Position numbers and translations under genes: made by a program
From: Perkinsus olseni
Lineage: Eukaryota
NCBI GenBank assembly: GCA_013115125.1
Contig: JABANN010000364.1
Location: 1 to 34,997, forward strand
Length of the DNA stretch: 34,997 bases
Reading direction: 5' to 3'
In this document: one piece after another, positions 11,401 to 23,904 of the stretch
Layout: the number at the start of each line of letters is the position of its first letter
Numbering within the stretch: the stretch's first letter is position 1
The notes under the pieces: generated by a model
Told to the model about the DNA's origin: nothing
Databases searched by the model: none
What the model saw: the letters and a program-made list of their open reading frames with translations, nothing else

Positions 11401-12382
11401 GACCCTCCCCCACTGGAAGGGGGCGCCACAGCCAGTCGGAGCGGCATCTTCGGCTTCTGGCGTGGTGAGCAGCCTCTCCCTGCCGACCTGATCGCTCTCC
11501 CTCAGGGAACAGCGCTTCCAATGGCGCCTCGGCGATCCGGCGTGATGACCATTCTCGTCATTCGGACTCGGAGGCGGCAGGCCCCTCCCCCATGTCCCCG
11601 AGGGTCAACGGTGGCGCGGGCTCAGCCATTTCTGGTAGTCCAGTGGCTGAGGAGTTGCCGTGAGTCGTCACCGCTCAGTCTCCGGCCTGGCCCCTACTAA
11701 TCCCCCTCAAGGGAGTGGCGGTCTGCTGTGGAGCCTAGGACCACTGAGGAGTGCAGCAGCAGCGACGCCCATGATGGGCGCTAGTGAGAGCAACGCCACC
11801 CTTGCCCGTGGAGGCGGACTGTGAATGCTCAGGGTTGGAGCGTGACAACAGCATTACTTCGCTCTCGGGAATCCGCCTGGCTGCACCGCCTCCAGTGGTG
11901 TCCGTGCACTCAAGTCAGCTGAGCGAGAAGGAGCGTATCGAGACCGATATCATCAAAAGTCTGATTGCGTCGTGAGTTAGGCGAGTATCCATGCTCAACA
12001 TCATGCTGACCCGCGAGGTACCTGAACATCGTGAAAAGATCCATCTCTGATCTCGTCCCCAAGGCCGTCATGTGTTTTATGGTCAATACCTTCGGAGCCG
12101 ATATGGTGAGGCTGCTGCTCCGATGCCGCCTCTGGGCCCTCGTCTGTTGCCCCCCAGGTGCTCCACCGAGAGCTGGTCACGCAACTGTACAAGGAAGACC
12201 TCTTCAGCGAGCTGCTCAATGAGGCGCCCGAGATCGCCCAAGGCCGGGCTCATTGTGCAGAGGCTATCCGGATACTGCGGCAGGCGGCGGAGGTGATCAG
12301 CCAAATAACCAACTTCAATATGAGCAATCCTTCAAGCGCTGTTGCCACCTCCCCTCGGGATCATCCTGGAGAGCCGTGCTGA
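8403..12382 (+). CDS. Dynamin-related GTPase (Dnm1/Vps1 class, apicomplexan DrpA-like; multi-exon)
   Basis: GTPase domain: [86 protein letters not shown]. Middle domain: [58 protein letters not shown]. No PH or PRD domain is evident. Confidence 0.95.
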
Positions 12383-12513
12383 GGCATGCAATGAAGTGAA
12401 GTCGCAATTACTCTATATTCACTTTAATTTTTGTGGTGGTGCTCTCATCATCTTCGACTCCCGCGTTCTGAATCGGCCTCGCGTGTGGCGTATCGTCCGG
12501 CAGCGTTTTGAAT

Positions 12514-14854
12514 ATGGTCTGGCTACTCCTCCCCCTCGAGGGCAGCTCCGATAGGTCGGTGTACTACCTCCCGCAGGGAGCTACGACCGTTGGCCGGACC
12601 TACTCGGACATACTGGTCACCAAGGGTAGGCCGACGTTGTTATTGCATCTGAGTATCAGGGTTCATCAGACAACACGGTATCGCGGAAACAGTGTGAGTT
12701 CGTGGTGGATGCTAAATCGCCGCAGTCGCGTCCGATGCTGCATTTAAAAGATCTCTCGAGGGTGAGTCGTTCGGCCTGCGTGGCCTACGGGAGATCCACA
12801 CGTCGTTCAGTACAATACGACCTATCGTAACGGTGATGACGTCAGCACGCCCGACAGAAGTGTGGTGCTTTCTAGTGGCGACTTCATCAAGATCGGCTCC
12901 GCGTCTGAAGGCTTCGAGTAAGCACCATGTACACCTCTCGGGCAATCTGCGAGCATTGTGAACAGCAACCAGCCCCATTGGGGCTGGAGTATCGGGAGTT
13001 GGGGCTGCCCCACCTCCCAGCACTCCTCGTAGTGCGATTCTCCCACCGTTAAAGTCCAACTCGACTCTGTCCCGAAAGATTCGCTCAGCGTTCAGTTTCT
13101 GCTCAGAGTTCTCGAGGTCCCATTGTTGGCATATTGTACTAGGCCGGGCGACGCAGGTGTGTGCGAGGAGGCGGGCCTACAGGTTGTGAATGGGCTGGAC
13201 AACGCCACCCACCTTCTCGTACCGGGCGAGGCGAACCCTTGCGATTCGCCGGTGAGTATCATCACGTCCCCAGCCAGCTTCGAGTATACGCTCGGCCAGG
13301 TACTCAGCGCTGTAGTCCTCGGTAAGCCCATTCTGTCCTCTACGGTCGCCGAGTTCCTCAAAAATGGTGGCAAGTGCCTCAACCTTACAACGGTCGTCGC
13401 CGAGATGGCTGCAAGTATTGGTACGGGGAAAGTTGGAGAGTAAGGCCAGAGTTCCATAGGGGAACAAACTCCCAGTGCCTCGCTCTCAGGTGCTTCCTGC
13501 GATGGCTCACTACCAGCTATCGTCCCGTAGTGTCGACTGCCAGCTGCTCTCCCGAGTGCGGTGAGCTCCTCAACCGGTAGGCGCACTGGATAACTCTGTA
13601 GCTGTGACGTTTTCTTGTGGTGAATTTCACCTCAATTCTTATTGATTGACGACAACTGACTTTCACAATTCGGCTGAGAGGAACCCTAGGAAATCCCGTA
13701 TGATGGCAGACGTGCTGACACCCTAGGGCCCGTACGATAGGCGCGCATACTTGCTCCCCTTCCAGGCGTCTCACGGTGCCACTCAGATACCTCTCCGCAG
13801 CTCGTCAAGGAACGAATCGACGGCAACTCTTCGCGGGTCTCAACTTTTTACTCCAGTCCGATGAATCGCGGAGACACCTTGAGCAGCCGTTGCGGCGGAC
13901 ATCGGCGTGTTTGACGGCGAGCCCCGACGCTGCAGTAAAGACAACAGTCTTCGTCGGCGGAGCGAAGGTATTTTCGGGGCGAGGAATAGAGGATATAAGA
14001 CGATGGATTCCTAGGTCACATTGTTCAGCCTTCCCCATCACATGTGGCCCAGCTGCTGCAGCACCGCAAGGCTTACTATGCGACCATTGAGCAAGTCGCC
14101 ATGGCCATCTTGAGTGACGAGGGAGCCGGTCAATTTGGTGTGCTCGGTAACATCACCTCCGTTTGATTAGACCCTATCGGGGGTTTTTGTCAGCTACAGC
14201 GGACGTCATCGAGGCTGAGCAAGAGCCCGGACGAGTTGAAAGCGGCCAGCTCAGATCCCGGGTGTCCCTGAGACCTCGGGGGAGGCCTGCGGATGATAGC
14301 TGTAGGAATGATATGCGCAATGCGAGCGATGCCTGGTCTATCTCAGCATATGAACACGCTGGTGGGGGCAGCCCGGGGGCGTGCTCGGAGACTGTGGAAG
14401 GACTCCAGACGCCGACGCCTCCTCCGAGGCAGAGAAGCTCGAGGCGGTCCCCCTATACTGATCTAATTAACAAATCTCCCGCCCTGTCCGGCAGTGGGGG
14501 ATGGCATCCCAAGCGGCCTCGGAAGAGCGACGAGTAGCTAGCCTCTGTCCGGTCAGTTTGCACAGCTTTTATGAGCAGGCCGACAGCTGGAGCACCGGAA
14601 GAGGGCTCTAGACCGATACCAGTGGTCGAATGCGCACAAAATGTCCCCACCGCAACTCATCGAGAATCAACCGCAGTAAGGAAGAACTCAGTTCTTGTGG
14701 CCTAGGGTGGCCCTAGTAGGTGCCCGCTGGTGGAGTCAACTTTAAAGCCTTCCACCATCGCCGTGGCTGCCGGCCTACAGGTGCTGTGCCAGTCCGAAAA
14801 GAACCCGTGCGGCTGGTGAGCTCCGGGAAGGGCTATGAGTTATACCAGCAGTAG
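12514..14854 (+). CDS. NBS1: Nibrin/NBS1-like protein (FHA + BRCT pair + Mre11-binding motif; multi-exon)
   Basis: FHA at the extreme N-terminus (TTVGR, DNTVSRKQC, LKDLSR, TYRNG, GDFIKIG). BRCT1 (ATHLLV, SAVVLGKPIL) is followed by RRQLFAGLNFL, typical of the start of NBS1 BRCT2. C-terminal VNFKAFHHR at ~14735-14761 matches the NFKxFxK Mre11-binding motif. The exact 3' end is uncertain. Confidence 0.78.
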
Positions 14855-14855
14855 T

Positions 14856-16661
14856 TTAGTTTGTTAGGTAACTTTCACACCGGACCTCGCTGACGGTTTT
14901 GGTGATGGCGACGATGATATGCGTCTGTTCGACGAAGTACCGCATTTGCGGCAACGCTATCTGACTCGGCGGAGATGAGTGGGTTAGAAGGCAGCTACCC
15001 ACAAATGCAGTATTTGTACCGTTTCTAATCGCCGTACGACTAATGTCGAGTAAACAAGTTGAAGTCAATTAAGAGATAGGAGTTAATGAGCACACCTTAG
15101 AGAGGGAAGCTTTCTCAAAGCACTTCCAAACAACTCTCGTTGACCTTCACGAGTCTCAGGGGAAATGTGGTACCGGGGCTCCGGAAGTGACTTGGGAAGT
15201 ACACGTGCTTGGAGGTAGAGTTAGAACCGGAGTCGTTGCCTCACGTTGCCCGTCCCCTATATTGTTTTTGACGCACAACTCGTGTAAGCGGTCTTCGGTT
15301 GTATATGGACATTGCTGTATATCTGCTTCATCGAGCCGCTGAGTCAAGATGATAGCCCAACCCTGTGGTCTACCTTGGGCAATGAACTGTACAGCACGAT
15401 AACTGGACCTTTGTTGCTTCAGTGTTTAGTCCGCAGGTCTCGAGAACGCAGCACTTTCATCACTCCCGCTAAGACCCGGTCACGAGGAACGAGCTGACTT
15501 CTTGCCGGCGTCAACTCAACTATGAGAGACCATTTCACCACAGTTAATGGGCCACAAGTAACGACAGCAACAACACCGATGGCATGCTGAAGGATACTCC
15601 ATCGCCGGTGCTGCTACTCTGTTCTCTTCACATGCCGAGAATTGCTTGACGGTACTTGGCGCAGAGGAGGAACATGAAGTTGATTCGTCTCTTGGCGCAT
15701 AGTTGTGATATCTTGGGCGAGCGATACTATTTTTCATATTTGATAGTCCTAATTGGTTGTCTAAGCTGAGTAACCATGCCTTAATTGAAGGACTAGTATC
15801 GCCATTATTGTAGTTGGACTTTTTAACACACTTCACTTCGTTCCAAGTGGCATTGAGTTTTCAGAAGGAACATGAAGAGGCCAACGTTATCATCGGTCAA
15901 CGCTGCGTCCAGAGAGCCGCTGACAAACTCGAAAACTTCCTGGGCCGCAGCCCAACAACGATCAGCTGAGCTAAGAGTCAGCGCGTGAGCGCTGGTCTGA
16001 GAGAGTGAGTCCACGAGGCCGGTAGTGCTGGCTGCATCGCTGTTGTTGGTGATAGCTCCTTCCAGGACATGAAGACTGGAAGGAAAAGAGGTGGACTGGA
16101 AGTTCCACTGACGCGTTTCACGAATGAGCGAGGGTTCGGAGAAGTTGAAGGTGGACTGAGAAGCCTCGCTACTGTGCCTTTGAGGCACTGTCTCACAAAG
16201 TAAAATCATGTCGCTGTGATTTATCATCGATGCATTTGAGAGTATCGGTGTACACGAGGTGATTGTGAATATGAAAACGCCAGTTGAAGCTCAATCCGGA
16301 AATACGGCAATGCCGGCCGTCCAGCTGTGTAGCGCTGAAGGATCCCTGAGACGAGAGAAAAGATCATCCAGACCTGCGTCGACAGGAGGCTGAAGCTGAT
16401 GCACTATCTCAACCGTCGCCGTTCGTTGCCATTATCAATCGAGTATGGTAAACGATGTTGAAGTCCGGATGAAGCAGCTACCTTCGGTGAGACGTCGAGC
16501 CTGCCGTCTTCCCCGGCGCTATCTCGGTACTTTCGAGGTACATCATGAGAATCATCATTGTTATTTTGAATACGCCTTCCATGATCGTTAGCAGCGTTCA
16601 TTGCCGAGGCAACAAATATCGTAGAAACCCAGATGAGAAGTAGCTTGCCAAAGGATGTCAA
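14856..16661 (-). pseudogene. Lineage-specific secreted protein family copy S1, disrupted
   Basis: Signal-peptide-like FGKLLLIWVSTIFVASA, clearly homologous to the copies at 23905 and 25962. The ATG present in S3 is deleted here, and a 186-bp insertion interrupts the FMFLL|CAKYRQ exon. The 3' limit is approximate. Confidence 0.6.
15668..15877. mobile_element. 186-bp AT-rich insertion (15680-15865) flanked by a 12-bp target-site duplication AGGAACATGAAG
   Basis: Direct repeats at 15668-15679 and 15866-15877. The paralog S3 (~26772-26783) has a single copy of the 12-mer and no insert. Confidence 0.85.
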
Positions 16662-16949
16662 AGTGGGAGGATATAACCGAGCGAAGAATAGAGAATATCG
16701 ACGCTCTCACGCGATCCGCGAAGGTCTATTATACTAAAGAATGAGGCACTCGCAGCGAACGCTTGAGTTCAGGTATAAATTAGTCCCTTAGGAGGGTATG
16801 TTGATTGCTCATGACTCCTGCTTTGCCCGCCGATCCACACGGTGGCCCTTGAGACCGCCGCCCGATCACGATCCCACCCCAGTGAGCGCTAGTGGGCATT
16901 CGACACCTCTAGGGCGCCGTGATCGGTGGATTCGCTCTACCTGTACGAG

Positions 16950-17300
16950 TGTTGCCGCTTTGCACGTGTGCTACTGTTAACGATGGCAAGACGCGTCCGG
17001 CAGTTTTAAATTTGCGAGATGCGCAACGTTGCACGACAGGGATTCCTTGGCTTTGTCGCATGTGTCTACTCGACTGCTATCATCACCAGTTGCATTGGTA
17101 TACAATATATATCCGGCATCAGGGCAGCGAAGGCTGGAAGAGACCCTCGAGTGGAACCTGACGGAATGGAAGGCGAATTCTGCGGTCATCCCCGATTGAC
17201 GGAATCTTATTCTTGTTGGTGCATGAGGTTGAGAACATGCCAGTGGCTGCTCAGAAGAAGATATGACGGTTTGAAAATGTCCAGTACTTTTATCATTCAG
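16950..17300 (-). pseudogene. Degenerate fragment homologous to the 3' half of secreted-family copy S2
   Basis: 17075-17140 (tatcatcaccagttgcattggtatac...ccggcatcagggcagcgaag) aligns to the reverse complement of ~25020-25085. Boundaries are approximate. Confidence 0.45.
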
Positions 17301-17827
17301 TTGGATCCTCACAGTGCTGAGTTGCTATCAGTACTGGTCAATATCAATTCGTGGGAGTTCCTCCGAGCGATGTGCTGTAACCAAAAGTCAAGCCTCCTAT
17401 TCGGAAGCCTCCGCGCTGAAAGAACACTTACATCCTACTACACACAGGAGGGCCTCTGAGCCGTAGGGATCTCTGTGTCCCGTAGATGCGCACAGGAAAA
17501 GATTTCGCACGATGACCTATAAAATCGAAACCGTGGATTTCTCCTTGCCCGTGGATCATCGAGACTGCAGTAGCAACATTTCGTATCCCCTGAAGACGGG
17601 GGCCGGCCAGGCTTTCAGCTTTAGCATGCCGCTTAGCGGAAAATGACAATGGCTGCTGTTGCCGCGAAGGACCCGTCATTTCTATGTGGGACACAACAAT
17701 GCAGTCGAGGTGTGCGGGAAGACGACTCGGCCGCACGTGCTGAGATTTGTGTTGATGAGATCTGTAGCGATTGGGATGAGGAGAAGCGCGAAAGAGGAAG
17801 CTCGGTGAGTTGGGTTGAAAAGCTAAA

Positions 17828-19388
<1,561 letters not shown>

Positions 19389-19924
19389 GTCGAGCAAGCA
19401 ATGGAAACACTGCTTGACAGCCACTTGGTGGAGATCCTTCGGTTCTTGAGGAAGGTCGATCTTTCCACGCGTGATTTTGAAGATATTCTCGACCTTGCTA
19501 ACAACTCTAGTTCAACTTTCAGTCCGATCCGTTGTCCGTCAGAGCACTATCAGTCTCGATGCCCTACCTGTCGCTTAAAGCGACTCGCTTTAGCATTTGT
19601 ACGCCATTTTGTGTCTGTCAGTCAACTCACGATAATCATCAACATCTTTCCCACCATCCTCTGGGATAGACCAATCTCCTCAGGGTTGTGTTGGTCGCAT
19701 GGTGTGGGTTGTCCTACCGCGGCAAATCCCGGAGGCTTTTATCGACAAGCCTTCGTGGTGACAGGAGCTTACTAGCTCACTGATGGAAACTCCTGGTTAC
19801 GCTCAGTGTACACTTCAACTCAACAGTACAGAACAGTCCTAGATATCAGCATACTCAGTAAAGCGATACTATCGACTATAATAATAACCCACCGGGCATA
19901 ATATACGGAGCAGAGGCGATGTCG

Positions 19925-20821
19925 CTACTTCTCGGGCCACTCTTTCGACTTCTGCACGATGATTTGAAATTGACAAGAAGCCATCACTTTATTCTTGCCC
20001 ACAGGGACTTTAATATTCGTCCGACCCCACCATCCACAGGACCCAGTCTTGAAAACCCGGGCCGGTATATCGATATTCTGAGGGAAGAGCCATCAGCGTC
20101 GCCCCTGCCTCGACACCACACAACTTACCTGTCTCCCCAGAGTCAGCTTCAACGGTTTGGCTTTCCGCTCGAAACTTTTCTTGGTTAACCCACCAGGGGG
20201 CGGCGTCCTACTCCTCGCCCGGCGCTTCGGCGCAGCCTGTCTGGCAGGCGCGGATGAAACGCTGTCCGAATCATCGTCAGATGAAGCCTCGCTAGAAGCA
20301 GAGGGTGCATCCCTCGAGCTAGAGGACGCCGATGGCGAGCTAGCCTCGGCATCTTCAGTCTTCTCGCTCTTCTTCACGCGCTTTCTCGTAGTGGTTGCAC
20401 GCGGCGAATCCCGCCGTTCACGTTTAACAGCGACCTAGAAGGCGCAACTTGCGGTACACGAGAAAATGCTTCCAGCAGAACTATCCGACGTACCTCAGCC
20501 TTCACTTTATTATCTTCCTTCGGCTCATCCTTCGCGATGGCCTCTCCCACCATTTCCTTGATTATCTTTTTCTGTCTGAAGTGACACACCGTGGCTCGAC
20601 AGTTGACGTGCCCTACTCGCTACTCACTTGTCCAGCGCAAGGTCCGGTAGTGCGAGCTTCCTTTCTAACAAACGCCTAAGCTCCCTCAATGATACGCTCT
20701 CGAGATCACTGGAGGCCACCAGGTCCACCACAGCAGATTGGAGAGTGTCCCGTCCGACTTCGCCTGAGGCCTCACTGCTGGAGCTGGCCGTAACAGGAGA
20801 CGACTCTTCTGACGTGTCCAT
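19925..20821 (-). CDS. DEK C-terminal-domain protein with acidic/basic low-complexity linker and a small C-terminal beta-rich domain (4 exons)
   Basis: LQSAVVDLVASSDLESVSLRELRRLLERKLALPDLALDK|QKKIIKEMV matches the DEK_C pattern. The last exon is NIDIPARVFKTGSCGWWGRTNIKVPVGKNKVMASCQFQIIVQKSKEWPEK with TAG at 19925-19927. Confidence 0.8.
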
Positions 20822-20964
20822 CAAGGGTAAATAATGCCTATCGCCCATGCAACGCCTCGAACACTGCGAGAGCTGTGAAGTGGGGACACTGGTAGATCGC
20901 CAAAGAGCGGCTAATGTTAGATCATGGCGGCCCATCCGAGCCTGATGCACTTCCATGGGATATG

Positions 20965-22620
20965 TCAATCCGGGAACAAGCTGAATGGCCGTATCGCCTG
21001 AAACGGTCATAAGGAGTTTGCTACAGAGCTCGGTATCCTACACGTAAGGGACGCGATCTTCCTGCTCGTTCGACAGACTGAGGGTCTCCCAACTGACAGA
21101 CCACCTGCTCCATTACGCCCTGGTAAGAGGAGCATTCACCGTGAGGGGAAGATGACGAGCCTCTCCCTTCTCTGTAGCCCGAGATAGCTTCCACTACTAG
21201 CTGGATCCATCTGGGATATCAGGCCAGTCTGCAGCCATCCGTTATGGAACACCCGAGCCGCCCGATGCCCACCTTCCTCACTACTGCCTCTACGGCCGTA
21301 ACAGGGAGCTCTGCGACGTTCTCCATAAGGACCTCTACGATCCATGACACAGCATCATCAGGAGCACCGACCACCTCCGTCAATTCTGAGAGGCTCTGTT
21401 TATTCGTTCCATCAGGAAAACCCGATGGTACTCTCACCACTGATGGGCGTTGAGTAGCTGTCCGCGGTGGTATCGAAGCACGTCGTCAATGACTGCTGAT
21501 AGAGATCCGAGTTAGTGTCCCTCAGACTCAGAAGGTACAACTGAAGTGAACAAAGCGAGCTCCTTCTCGTCCCCCTCCAACCACTGACGAAAGATGCCAA
21601 ACGCCAACAGTATTATGGACCAATCACAGAATATTGTCGAGAGGCAATTCAGCTGGAGGGTTTCAAGGCCCAGGAGTATACCAGCTGGTATTTCCCTCGG
21701 CCGGCCGGCCGGCCGGAGCGAGGGCCCCGCTCATTACCAGTTCCCAATGGGGATCCCTGAGATCACTCTCGAGCCTAGCCGAAATGACGAGGCTCTCTCG
21801 ACAGGGCGGGCGGAGCCGACGGAGCCACTCTTTCGACTTGCCGCATAACAAGAGCAGCAACTCTACGCTGTAGTCGAGCCTGGGATAGAATCGCCAAAGT
21901 ATGCCCAACAGAAGCTACGTCCCCCAACGGCACGGCAGCAATAAACGGTCACCTCCCTCCGCCCCACCAGTCGCGATGTATCCAACGGGTGTCCTCCGCT
22001 TTGGCCGACTTATTGCGAGTAGCATCCAGGAGTTCTCGGACGTGACATCGAGCTGGCCTCATCGTCTTTGTTTCCTCCGCAAGAGCCGTTAGTATATCAC
22101 TTTCATTTTCCGGTACGGCATGAAGCGTAGTTACAAAAGCAAGTCGACTCTCAGCAGTGTAATCGGCACACCCATTCACAGCAGTCGCTGCTCTAAGCAA
22201 GGGGGCTACTTTCTCCACCAGGGGACCCGGGTTGCTCATCAGCCCGAGAAATCCGTAGACGGCACCCTCTACCACCTCATAAGCGTTGCCTGCCCAACCA
22301 GCAACCATCCGGTTAAGTCAATCAGAAATTAAACGTCCAACTTACTCATGAAAGTTCCACGAGACATATCAGAGAAGCGCCGGAGTTTGCGACGGCGTCG
22401 ATTGCGTACCTGAATGCTTCGCCATCCAGTCGAGGGCCGTTGACCCGCCCTCACTATCAAGGGGGTGAATTCGCTCAACCCTAGAACGCAACGGTCCGTA
22501 TGACCCTCCCCGGGAGCGCATCTGCACTGTTCTAAACTCAAGGTAGTGGCCAACCTCGATGACCCTAACAACAGCCTTTCATTCCAATGGAGCAGCAAAG
22601 GTATTTCAACACTCTACCTC
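20965..22620 (-). CDS. Hypothetical alpha-helical (possibly HEAT/ARM-like) protein, multi-exon; ends uncertain
   Basis: A series of minus-strand open segments bounded by GT/AG, with amphipathic Leu-rich content (AYEVVEGAVYGFLGL...LVEKVAPLLRAA; LLGILWRFYPRLDYSVELLLLLCG; AVSWIVEVLMENVAELPVTAVEAVVRK). No family motif recognised. Confidence 0.5.
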
Positions 22621-22922
22621 GCGCGAACAGCGGCGGTCGTGAAGGCGTGTCTATACTAGCCGTTGAACAAACACTGTAAACATGCGCCTTTCAACTCCCA
22701 GAACGATAGGCAACACAACACCACGGCAAAAATGATATCCTATCTCTTTGGTGAGGCTCACTAAATGAGCTGCTCACTTGACACTGAACTTATCTCAACA
22801 ACAACGACGTCATCATCTTGGCATTATATTCCACCAAGCGGCTTGTCAATTCTAAAAAAAAGAAATACAACAGAAACGGGGTGAAATGGCTCACCTAATC
22901 ATGCAGGGGTTGAGCGTCGGAT

Positions 22923-23538
22923 CTAAGCCTTACCGCTACTGCCCTGACCTGGCAGCCCCATGGGAGCAGACGAGGTGTACCTGGAAATGACGTATTAGAT
23001 AACCAGGAGTACACTCATCATACTTAGTAACAGCCTTCGTCCCTTCTGATACCGCGTGCTTAGAGAGCTCACCAGGAAGTAGCAACCTACGATCAGTATA
23101 AAACGACTCATACACACCAATTGAAAGCCACCTGAGAGCTGTCTGGATTTCCCTGCTAGTCAAAGTCTTCTTCTTGTTGTAGCGAATGAGCCTGATGGCT
23201 TCGGTGGCCAGTCGGTCGAATATGTCATTGATGAAGCTATTCATGATCGACATCGACTTCTTCGATATCCCAACGTCGGAGTGAACTTGCTTCAGGACCT
23301 TGTAGATGTACCTTTACGATCAACACACAGGCAATCCAAGCCAATCGACTCATTGCCGTTCCCTACAAGGCGAAGGACTCCGTGCGCTTCTTTTTCTTGA
23401 TACCAGTACGGCGCTGAAAAAAGGCAAATGGTCGTTCAACCGAGCATGACCACTCCATAGACTTACCACGTCCGACGTCGGGGCCTTGCCGGCCGTCTTC
23501 TTCCCTGCAGTGGGATGCTTAACTCCTTTGGGCAGCAT
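22923..23538 (-). CDS. H2B.Z: Histone H2B variant of the apicomplexan H2B.Z (H2Bv) type, 5 exons
   Basis: Spliced product: [160 protein letters not shown] and GELSKH are features of apicomplexan H2B.Z. Confidence 0.92.
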
Positions 23539-23904
23539 GGTTCGAAGTAAATGATAATGTACTGCTTATCGTTCGAAGTCGACTCAGCAGTCCATATTCT
23601 TCGTAATCTTGAGCCTACTCAAAACGGTCGAAAAATCTCGCTCGCCCACAATTTTGCGCGCGCGCCCATCCGCGCATGATTTATTGGCGCGCGAGTTCCG
23701 GAATTCCAATGGAATTATTCCGGGCTGGTCCACGCAATGTAGAGGGCACACACTAAGTTCGACGCGGGGTCGGGCCGTGTCGTCCGGAGCTATCGCCTGA
23801 GAACGCGGAGGTGGAAACGACCGGGACGGCCAGGAACAGCCAATCTCAGCTTGCTTCTCCTCAACCGCCTCTGACCGCCCGTTGGATTATTGTCGAGAAT
23901 CCAG

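Noticed and set aside
125-14854. In-frame stops suggesting pseudogenes or an alternative genetic code
   Set aside because: The stops examined fall inside short GT-AG introns, and the spliced frames are continuous under the standard code.
19401-19775. ORF downstream of C1 with a counterpart at 27692-28180
   Set aside because: The similarity is explained by duplication of the cathepsin 3' flank. The frames and ends of the two copies differ and no domain is recognisable.
23608-23615. Relict spliced leader (GGCTCAAG on the minus strand) ~70 nt upstream of H2B.Z
   Set aside because: Only 8 nt match the SL 3' end, which is expected by chance in 35 kb. The gene also retains four introns, so it is not a recent retrocopy.
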